Position numbers and translations under genes: made by a program
In this document: in pieces, positions 1 through 9,920 of the stretch
How positions within the stretch are numbered: position 1 is the stretch's first letter
Layout of the letters: each line of letters begins with the position of its first letter
Notes under the pieces: model-generated
The model's input: the letters and a program-made list of their open reading frames with translations, nothing else
Database searches by the model: none
Told to the model about the DNA's origin: nothing
Assembly: GCA_000934665.2 (NCBI GenBank)
Contig: KZ538193.1
Span: 169,725 to 189,724, forward strand
From: Catajapyx aquilonaris
Taxonomy: Eukaryota
Direction: 5' to 3'
DNA length: 20,000 nt

Positions 1-1958
1 CATCCTCAAGGCAAGAAAAAGCGAAAAGAAAAAGAGAGAGAAAAAAAATCCTCCAGAGACCCACCTTATAACGTATAACCCCCAAAATAATTCGTGGATC
101 CACGTAAACTCGCAATTAATTTCTTGCAAGGTTTGTACTATCGACTTTGCCAGGGGCACGTAATCGCGTGCAGGTGCTGAAACACTTCCTATTGCTAAAG
201 TGCTGTTCGGTTACAAAGTATTCCTTATCTGTGTGCAAGGGTCATTACACCAAGTGCATTGCCTCCAAAAATGCATCATGTACATTTGGGCCAACTCAAT
301 CCGATACTCGACTGTATGGGGCTAATTAGCCGGTTGTATAAAGTTACAACAGGTGATTACTGTACCATCCTGTTTTATTTTTACCGTACAAATATTTATG
401 GCAGGCATCAGTTTAATAATGCAATTTAATACATTGAGCCGCTTGATTGTGGATTTAAAAAGTGAAAATAAGGTTTGCTGACAGGGTAGGGGGCACAGTG
501 TAGCTCAGGCTTGTTTATTAGAGAAATTAAGCTCATTAAGCTTGATAGTTTAGTGGGGCGTAAAATGGATCCTTCCCCACCTGAGGCGTCCGTTTCAGGA
601 ACAGCCAAGTGCTGAGGGCTGGAGCTCGATAAGGCGAGATGATAAGAAAAAGGAATTGAATTGCGCTCAGGGTAGGCCACCTGCGGCCACTTCTTCCATT
701 TCGGCCTGATGCTGCTGTGTGCTGAAATTCATCCAGCAAGTTCTACGACCTGATAATCCACGTGACGGAAGTTTCTAAGCCCACTTAGTTCTTTGTTGAA
801 AGGGAGGCAAAAACGCAGAGGGGGGAAAAACCCCCTTTTATCACTGAAGGTCATTCTTCTCTGTAAATATTGACTAATTCGATGGCGTAGGCGGGCCCTT
901 ATAGCCGAAATGAAAATATTGGAACAGTTACAGGGAAAAACGTGGATATTCTCAGAATAGAATATCAAGACAAATTAGTAGCATCGCCGGTAGGAAGCAC
1001 AGTTATCGAAATGTTAAAAATGCGATAGTCGTTATTCCTTCTCATTGGAGATGAAAAGCTAAGAAAGAGTAAAAGTTTTTGCAAAACTTTCCAATACCTA
1101 TTTCAAGTATTGTATTTCGCCCAAAGCATGTTTTAATGACATTTGCAGGCAAAAGTGAAGCCTCAATCGATTTCATTTTGAATAAATTACAGTGCGTAGG
1201 CTTAGCATATAACAAAAATATTGATTAATAATTTTAAACAATGATCCATTTGAAAAATACTCATTATTAAATCAGGAATCTAAAATGAATATAATTGATA
1301 TTATTAATACACAGATGTATTAACTGGTAAAATATAAATAAGTCATTCTCACCAGAGGTTCACCTCATTAGCTTGAATAAGCTGCGTGCAATTATTAAAT
1401 CAGTTTTGTGTAAACTGTGCTGTCTCCTTTGTTGGAAAGTGGGACAAATGGCCCGGGCTAGGCCTAGCTCCTTGTGGCCCTGAGAGCTTTTATCCGGGGA
1501 GGTTGGCCACAAGGGATTACTGAAAACCCAAATATCCTCGTAGCAATTGACCCATAATTCTTTATGCGATACTGTACATGCAAACAAAATTTTAAAAAAT
1601 AAGGCCTGGAATGCACAAAGGCACGAACCAGAGCCAATATTAGCAAAATGTTTGAATGAGTTATCCCTATTTTCTCCCGCACGCAATCGGCAAATGACGA
1701 AATAACGGGGCGCCTGAACAATTAATTCCCCAACTCCCCTTGAGCGGCTCCCGAGTTGAGAAAATGGTAAACAAGTAAAACTTCCCTGGAGGGAGGGTTT
1801 ATTGGCGTAGGACTTGATTACAGCTGGGCGTATCTTTTAATCCCTGGGCTGTAGTCAGCCCTCTTGCACAATGCGCATGTCAATTGGGAAGGAGCTTTAT
1901 TCAATCGAGCTGCTTCTCATTTGGAGAAGTTAGTCGTAATCTCTTTTTCGAGATGGGC

Positions 1959-1979
1959 AAGAAGAAGAAGAAGAAGAAG
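1959..1979. repeat. (AAG)7 microsatellite
   Basis: Seven perfect AAG units. They explain the poly-K and poly-R runs in ORFs 1884..2123 and 1864..2112. Confidence 0.95.
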
Positions 1980-4900
1980 CCGCCTTTTACGGTCGGAAGG
2001 AGACGGGGGCGCGTGGGAAGACGACCTGATCAGACAGAAGAAGGTCAAAGGGCACGTCTGGTCAGCTCATATCGTAACACCCACGCTGTGCGGCAGGTTA
2101 CATCATGCGTGAATGTAACATGACACGATTAAGCCAGAATATGCGCAGAATTTAGGCATATTAATATCGATTCAATATTTTCGTTCAAAAATTATGTAAA
2201 ATTGCTAATACTTTAGAAGTAAACATACACAATTTCTAAGAATTCATTGAACGTTTCTAGAGCTTTCCTTGCGGTCGGAAACTCTCACCCTGCGAAAAGG
2301 GGTATATAGGTAGTTGCTTAGCGATTTATACTGATTCGCGACGGCGTTTGCTGAAGCGCGCGAGGAAGGCAGTTTTAGCAACGAGATATCCCCGAGACCT
2401 TTAGAGGGACAGTAAACACTCTCTTTCCTGACTGCTCCATTTCTCCCCATCCGAGTGGCACAAGTGGCAGGATGGGGAAGCCATTCCTATGCGGGCCAAT
2501 CCATATGACATTGTCTCTCAGGAAAAGGAAACCTGAAAAAAAAAGAAAAGAAAAATGCTGCATAATCTGTGGAAAGAAATAAAAATGTGATCCTCAGTGG
2601 GACGCTTTTTATTGTAAATGGGATTGCCATTATGTGTCAGTTTCAAGACGTCGGTTTTATTTCGAGAGGGGAGCAATTTTTGCCGCAAAGTTTGAGAAAA
2701 CTTTGAAGAAACTGTACCGTGAAGGATTTTTCCAAGGTTCCTCATACTTTGTGCTGAATGGGACGTTTTTTTTGTGTGTGTGTGTGACACAATTGGGAGA
2801 CTGTAGTGATTCTTTTAATGGCATCGCCGCACGGTATATTACGATTTGTGTCCCTACGACAGAGTAAACCTTCCTTCTTTTTTTTTTTTGCAGCCGATAG
2901 AGAAACCTTGAGAGAAAAACACACAAAAACCCGATAGTCTGATATCAAGTTGAGGCGGGGATTTGGGGAGAAAAGGCTAGAAATAATCTGGCTGGGTTCA
3001 AGTAATGATGTTGAAATATGGACATTGCTGCCACATGCAATAAAGATCGTGCCACTATTGCGTGATATGTCGTCTGTCATACTTTCAGACGTCTGTATAA
3101 GACCATACGTCATGTTGATATTATGATAGTGTCATGTTTATTTGGCACGTGTAATACCGTAAAGATGCAATGCACAAATCAAATCAAATATAGCCACGTT
3201 GACGTACGTTTGGCATTACACGGCAAAATAAAATTTAAATCCAACATATGTTTTAAAGATATAAACTGAAAGCCTTTAAAGGCATGCTGACTACCGAATA
3301 TTGCTTGGAATATTTCTTTAGGTCGATTTTATTTTAAACAGTTGGAAACATTTATTCAAGGCCTGTATCATTTCATATTTAAACATGACTGCAAGGGGAT
3401 CTGGTATAAGTCGAAAAATATATATATTTTTTCAATTTATTATTCCTCTTGACATTGTGATACACATTGCGGCCAGTGCCTTTCAGCTACACTGTACATC
3501 GTATCCCAGTAATAGTGTTGCTGGTGGGCGGGTCAGCACAGTATAAAAAAAGCGCAAAGTCAATTTTGCACGGCCCCCCTGCAGTGCGACATGATAGCCC
3601 CGCCGCGAAACTGCATCATTAACATTACACCGACTCAATTTTAGAGTTACTTCCAACGTCATAAACCCAGGTTTATTAGTAGCCACGTGTTAGGAAAAGA
3701 AACTTGCAACACACCACGTGGACACGATACTGTACGTACATATTTTTTGTCCAACATTTCTCTTACAAATTACTTGTTGCAGTAACACATGTTGCTGCCA
3801 GCATAGTTTCCCGCAGCTGCAGCTATTTGTTGCCCTCTGAACACCTTTCCATTTCCTCCGAGCGATGCAACTTTCTACCCACTAAATTACCCCCAAAAGC
3901 ATCCCAGATGTCTGTGCATCACTGGTAGACTCAGTGATTACAATTATTGCAAGTTTCTCCCTTTCTCAGAGCGATAATAATTACATCGGCGATGAATTAC
4001 TGCACCTGAAAAGTTTTCGGAGGAGGGCTGCTGGAGAGAAACTTTCCTCTTGAAACTAGGTTTTGTAGCCCTCATATAAAGCGGGGGCTGATGCGAAATT
4101 AACCAACTCCACACAATAGAAAGGCATTTTTATCCTCCCTAGCAAGTCGCATAGGAACCTCATTAACAGCATGCTCTTGACGCAGTTTAAATAAGCTAAT
4201 CTAAACAAGCCTAGTCCTTAATTAGGTCTATCCAAGGGGGTTTCCGGTCTGGCAACCCAACTTCCTTTAGGCTGGGGAAAGGATGCATATGTGTTAGAGC
4301 TGCATACTAGAGTAATACGTGTGCGTTTTTCGTTTATTTGCAAAACTACGGCGCATTTTCGCTGACTGCGGATTTTAATCAGAGTGCTGCAGCTTACACT
4401 CGGGCTGTCATAATTTTCGCGGTAATTTAGAAAAGGCAAAGCCTTTTCGCCCAGTTCGTTTTCAAACCCGGAGCTTCAATTACCATTCCCGGAGAGCACA
4501 CATGGAAAAACCTCATTTCGTCATGTTTTTGTTGTACGCCTGATGAACGTGAGTGTTCGGTTTGCACCTGGAAGAATAAAGTCGAGGCAAATAGTTCAGT
4601 AATTGATTTATGTGATAGAGCAGACATTTCCTGCATTATGTTTAATCTTATCTGAGTGATCCGAGTGTACAAAAACAAATGATTAGATTAGGGCAAATCC
4701 AACATTTTCGACCTTCATCCTGCTGGCTGACTGTACCCATTTGTTTGCCCATCATACTTGCAACAAATGCAGTACCAAACTGGACAGAAAAATCAGACCA
4801 AATGTGTTAGAAAACGACGCTGCTCGAGCACAAACAGCACCAAGTGGAGCGTAAATTACCGTGTACTTTCTGACCTTTCCTACTCGTATTTTGTTTCCTG

Positions 4901-5026
4901 ATTTTTACGTCCTGCAACATCTGCGTCCCCGGTTTAGCCCATATATATAGCCCTGTGGATATAAACGGAAAAGCCTGTGAGGAAGGGAAAGAGGCCCTGA
5001 CCGGTGGGCGTTATAGCTCTCTAATG

Positions 5027-5200
5027 CTTTCCGGGGGGTAGTTTCGCGGTTGTCGGAAGTTGTTTACTGCCTTCGACTTGTAGCCGAGCTTCCGACCACA
5101 TACAACCAATCGTCAAGCCTTCACTTCCGACATCATCTCCAGGTCCAATAGGTTAAAAGTAGACACTTTTTCCCAGTCCGGATGTTTACTCCCGGAAAAA
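5027..5200. promoter_or_regulatory. ETS/FOX/CCAAT motif cluster (promoter- or enhancer-like)
   Basis: ETS cores: CGGAAGT 5054-5060, CTTCCG 5089-5094, ACTTCCG 5123-5129, CCGGATGT 5178-5185, CCGGAA 5192-5197. Forkhead TGTTTAC at 5061-5067 and 5183-5189. CCAAT at 5106-5110 and 5145-5149. Function is inferred from motif density only. Confidence 0.35.
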
Positions 5201-6171
5201 AAAATCATTTTGCAAAGTGCCCGGATTCTCTGTTATGTTCTGCGTAGGTAGGTTAATAAATTTTGCGATATGTCAAGGGTCAGGTGCGTGGGAAGAGGAC
5301 GGATTATGCAGTGTCCGTGTTGGACAAGGTGGGAAAGTGAGGCTGTAATTACATGACAAAAAATCCGATTTATGTGGATGTGGGTCACCCTTCTTACGAG
5401 AGTCAGGCCGCATTTTTTGGGTGGACCATTGTATACTGCACGCGGGTGTGGATAATAATATCGACCAGTAATTAGGATTATGTAACCTCAGGAGTACTGT
5501 AATCCGTATAGCGGTTGATTTGCAGTTCACGGGTACTGCTGCTTGTATGCATGTATATACACGTATATAGTAGACCTGTATAATACATAATATTATAGGC
5601 GGCTGCGACCATTTTCAATATTACATGATGAAAACGATTGGTTCGGTGACAATTAGCGTGGTGGATAATTAATGGGAAGGGCAAATTTGTAATTGCATTA
5701 GGGTCTTATGTTTGTCAGATCACAAGCCAGATTTAGTTTGCTCGTGATGGCGTGGGCAATATATTCGTTTGACTTCCGGTGATAATTGGGCTGAAATATA
5801 TTGCACAGGGATTGGACATTTGCGTGACGTTTGTGTTGTCGACGGAGCCGTGAAATATATGTCAGGATTTCTGTTTGGAGAACTTCAGTTTCCGCGGGTT
5901 TGAAGAGTTTCTAAAATATTTATTCTATTCCGAGCGAATATAAATGCGTTATATGGATGCATAGATGGCAATAATATTTTTATTTCAGATGACCTGAAGC
6001 ATTTATAAAACTGACTTATATCAGATTAACACAGTATTAAAAACAGGAAGGGTTGGAATTTTCTCAAAAATGGTAAAATGGGTTAATAGTGTAGAGTTAG
6101 TAGAGTAGTGTAGAGTGATCAAAATATTCATTGTAATTTTCTGCTGGGTAATAACAACAAGCATACGAAAG

Positions 6172-6252
6172 AAGCCCATATAATACTCGAAGGCAAAGTT
6201 TGAGAAAAATAATTTTTCTCAAACTTTGCCGTCGAGTATTATATAAGGGCTT
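6172..6252. repeat. Near-perfect palindrome (hairpin 1)
   Basis: Arms 6178-6210 (ATATAATACTCGAAGGCAAAGTTTGAGAAAAAT) and 6212-6244 give 33 bp with one mismatch (6191/6231) and a 1-nt spacer. The stem extends with AAGCCC 6172-6177 / GGGCTT 6247-6252 after a 2-nt bulge. Confidence 0.95.
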
Positions 6253-6266
6253 AGATTTTATAAGGG

Positions 6267-6366
6267 ATAGATTTTCTTTCTCAGGCAAAATCTTACAAGT
6301 GCAGCACCAATAATTAGAATTATTGGTGCTGCACTTGTAAGATTTTGCCTTAGGAAGAAAATCTAT
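6267..6366. repeat. Near-perfect palindrome (hairpin 2)
   Basis: Arms 6267-6315 and 6318-6366 give 49 bp with a 2-nt spacer. The inner 33 bp are perfect (AGGCAAAATCTTACAAGTGCAGCACCAATAATT). The outer part has two non-Watson-Crick pairs (6279/6354, 6282/6351). Confidence 0.97.
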
Positions 6367-9168
6367 ACACTACCAGTATATTTGTCTAGGATTTTATAGG
6401 AGGGAACGGTACTTTTGCAAGTCTGCATCTATCGCAGAAAATATTTAAACATCACTGTCAGTGTATATTTTGCATTATTCGGATGGTAGGACTATACATA
6501 CAGTAGGCCTATGTTATTGAACAAGTGCGCATTGCAGCTGTTGTAACAGCGGAGATATTCCCTTTTTTTCATAACTTAATGAATAATACACTGGATTTCC
6601 GCATGATTACGACCAGAAACTGGAAATTTCATACATCAAAATCGGTTTATACTATGCGTATTCGGATTGCGTTATTTCAAAGGTGAAGGTTTAAAACCTT
6701 CTCTCAACATAATTATATTATCATTATATTTTAATGTGCTCATTCTAGCGAGACCGACAATGAATATTTATGTTTAAAAGAAAAAACGATGACGGTTTAC
6801 TTGAAAAGCACGAACGCAGCTATAGTGTTTCTCTGGCCACAGGCACAGAAAAATGCGAGCGAAGTGAGGGTTTCCCTAGTGAAAGTTTATCTCTGCAATT
6901 ATGTAATCCAAATAGTAATTATGACACCTTCATCTTAAAATGCTATTTTTTGCAAGGGCTTTGATGTTGGAATACCATAATTGTGCGAGTGCTACAGACG
7001 CACGGATATTTACTCGACTGAGTTTCTGCCGTCTGGCTTATTTCGGATGTGAACTATTGATTTGATATTATTATACGCACCGAAGGTATTTTTATCTCCT
7101 TTTGCTGACTGTACAGTTACGCTCGTGCAAAAATGGGACGTCCCCGGCTGCTCTCAGATATTTTCTTCCTTCGTCATAATTTAATGCGGTATATGACTAC
7201 ACTAATTGCCCTTGATAATTTTCAACCCTGTCATTCTTAACGGATGAATGCGCAATATTGCTGGCAGCTACAATCCTGATCGATAGCATTGTATTTACGC
7301 AATAACATTCTGCCAATTAGCACGCACTATCACTTTGTTGCAACACTAAACCACATTGTCAGGGTGGCTTGGACCCCAACTCATTTTTTATGGCTCTTCA
7401 ACCTCTGTCTCGGGGAATCCTAGAAATATTTTGAGGGTAACGGATTTTTAGGTGGAAAATTATAGCCTCTCCGGCGCACTTTTGATGAATGTTTTAAGCG
7501 TTTCGGTGCAAATTTAATGGCTCCGGATTAAGGTCGCCAACCCCTAGCTTCCTGTATAGAGTAATCCAGTATCGCGCGTCCAGTTTTGCAGACCTCTGGT
7601 CTAAAGAAGTATAGTGTTTCGCTGGCTCGGTCATCGCCAGACCAGAAGTCCAGACCATTATTTTGTCCTCCCACTAAAATCGATGGCTTCTGAGTGCCAT
7701 TGTTCCGCTTTTGACCGAAGATGGAAGATATAGTAGGCTACACCGCACTGCCCTGGTGTAACTGTAGCTCATGGCCGATATGTCCTCCATTTGTAAGTAA
7801 TATCGAGGGAGCAACACGAAGGTTGGCATGGGAACCGAAGCTTTCCAGAGAGGATGCTAAAAGGATATTTCTGGTGAAAGAGTGGGGAGTAAAATTATCC
7901 GGAGGAAAAAGAGATGTTCATTGACCCGAATCCTCTCTCCATCCTCAGTGTTTGGTTCAGCTAATCTTCCAGGGAGGATTTCCAAAAGGGCTGAATTAGA
8001 CGGGAAAAAAAATCATTTCCAACAAGAGTCGTACCGCAACGCCATTTCCAGACTGCCTGGAAATCAAAAAGAGTATTACAAAAAAAAGGGAAAGGAAGGA
8101 AGAGTCTGGAGCTGGATATGAAAGATCTTCCTTCCTATAGGGGGCGAACTTTACAATGTTGGGTGCAGACTATACGAGCCTAAAGCACCTGCTGCCTCCC
8201 AATTTCGCGTAGACTCATCTCAAGGTAAGGAAAGTGCCAAGTTGGAGATGACAGATCGAGTTATTAACTCTCTATTGGCGAACCTGTCAGTCCCTGCGGA
8301 ATTACAAGCCACAAACCTGATGAGTCTAATAAACATGTCTCGGGAATATCAAATTATTTTGGGGGGAAAAATATTGTTGGAAATATTTGGGCATTTTCCA
8401 TCTTCCACCGACCTACTCCAAAAAATAGGGGTATAATTTTTTAGGGCTATAATGATGCGGAATCATACGGGCGTAATGGTTAAACTGTGTCGGGCCGCAC
8501 GTAATGGAGCGTTCAATATGTGCCACTTTCGAGGGGGCGGGTTGATGTGGTGGTGGGGTGACCTGCCAATTATGATTGGCTGCTATTTTGACAGTTCCTG
8601 AAAATTCATGTTCACGAAAATTGTTGACCGCGTCATGATAGCTTTATTAGTTTGCTACCAAAAAAAAAAAAAAAATTGGGGCCACACGCATGTCACAAAC
8701 TGTTGGTTCATATCCATCCATACAAAGTAATGAAATCAACGTAGTCCCTGAACTTGTGAATGAACCCGGGTCAAGTGTGGCACGTTATACGCCCAAGGCC
8801 GTTTTGTGTGTGGATGGGGTGTATTGTGGGAGAGAGACGCAAGCCACCCACGTATAGTCACAGAGACCCCAGCCTCCCGAGGCTTCTATAATCAGATTGA
8901 AAAGGGGCCTGCTGCACTGGGAGGAAAATGGAAGCTCGGCAATGAAATTTAGCTGCCGACAGTGAACAGGTTCTATATTAGGACGGAGGATAAATTAATA
9001 TATCGCAGTGGTCTTGTGGGGAAATAACCACTGGAGAATTTGGAGCTGGGAAAAAGAGATAGTCACTTTTGTTTCGGTATACAAACGGAAAAGGTTCTGA
9101 GCGCTTCTTTAAATAATTTGATTTTTTTTTACAAGTTGCCAGCATTTCAAAGGCATGCATATGAAAGA

Positions 9169-9423
9169 CTAGCAGGGGACCGGTTCTTCGCACGGGGATT
9201 CTGGAGTGCCATCTGTGGTGGGAGTGAAATTGCAGCAGATTAATACCAGACTTTGTACCGTAAAAAGACTCAAAAAACAATAATAACTTTTGGGTATTTA
9301 AACACAAAACGGACTTTTCCCTGAATCATCAGCACAGTGCTAAGTTTCAGCTACATCAGAGGTGTGGAAGTGGGTTAGGTAGCCGAGACATACAAACAGA
9401 GAAACTTTCTGCTTTATGTACGA
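9169..9423 (-). mobile_element. Non-autonomous Helitron-like element
   Basis: The minus strand begins TCGTACATAAAGCAGAAAGTTTCTCTGTTTGTATGTC...GCTGAAACTTAGCAC, the style of arthropod non-autonomous Helitron 5' regions. It ends CCCCGTGCGAAGAACCGGTCCCCTG-CTAG|T, i.e. a decayed GC-rich subterminal hairpin, then CTAG, then T, matching the Helitron 3' signature. Confidence 0.6.
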
Positions 9424-9616
9424 AATTGCAGTCAATAACCTTATTGTGGAAAAACTATGGGACATTCAATAACGCTGATTGGCAAGTAAAACCTTTAAAC
9501 CTTAAAGAAAAATATGCGCATGCTCATCTGCGGCTAGAAGGAGTAGGCGTCGCATTACGTGTAGTAATTACGTGATCAAAAGGGAAGTGACCCGCGGAAT
9601 ACGCGCGACCAAGCGC
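9290..9616. repeat. Left arm of a long degenerate inverted repeat
   Basis: Exact reverse-complement anchors to the right arm, in collinear order: 9310-9322/10266-10278 (13 bp), 9342-9351/10225-10234, 9387-9398/10178-10189, 9441-9450/10033-10042, 9477-9484/10006-10013, 9513-9523/9978-9988, plus CGTGATC..GGAAG..ACCC ~9571-9593/~9930-9952. Confidence 0.9.
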
Positions 9617-9642
9617 AATGCATGCATATTGCGAGAGAATGC

Positions 9643-9871
9643 CACGATAATTCCCGCCCACACACAGCAAATTTCATCAAAGATCTTGCGCGTAAAGTGA
9701 AGCGGAAGTCCTCTGCCATTCACCCACTTATTGAGTACGTCAGTACCGACCTGTAAGTTCCTGTTGCGGATATGGTTCAACGAACAACCCAAAGATTTCT
9801 ATGAGCAGGCCATTGGATGCCTAATGTCTCAGTGGGATAGATGTCTAAATTATCACAGGGAATACTTTTGA
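9643..9871 (+). pseudogene. Decayed mariner (DD34D-type) transposase, C-terminal half
   Basis: 9643- reads HDNSRPHTANFIKDL (mariner HDNARPH motif). After a frameshift it reads EVLCHSP and then STDL at ~9742-9753 (cf. WEVLPHPPYSPDL). After an internal deletion, 9773-9871 reads WFNEQPKDFYEQAIGCLMSQWDRCLNYHREYF*, a typical mariner C-terminus. A possible partial 3' TIR lies at ~9901-9918. Confidence 0.9.
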
Positions 9872-9920
9872 AAAAAGTCACATTGATATTATAGCCTCAG
9901 CCCGTTTTTTATTGACTGGA

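Noticed and set aside
819..839. G-run/C-run hairpin followed by Ts, like an intrinsic terminator
   Set aside because: Eukaryotic context, no upstream gene, and only a 6-bp homopolymer stem.
1884..2123. Basic ORF MGKKKKKKK... as an NLS-bearing micropeptide
   Set aside because: The lysine run is produced by the (AAG)7 microsatellite.
2869..3006. Strong + strand acceptor at 2893 as the start of a coding exon
   Set aside because: There are stops in all three frames before any plausible donor, and the poly-T tract alone explains the signal.
4152..4177. Resemblance to miR-276 (TAGGAAC...TGCTCT)
   Set aside because: There is a mismatch at position 8, the middle differs, and no complementary arm is nearby.
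6172..6366. CRISPR array or bacterial REP/terminator interpretation of the palindromes
   Set aside because: There is no direct repeat-spacer periodicity, no cas genes, and the context is eukaryotic.
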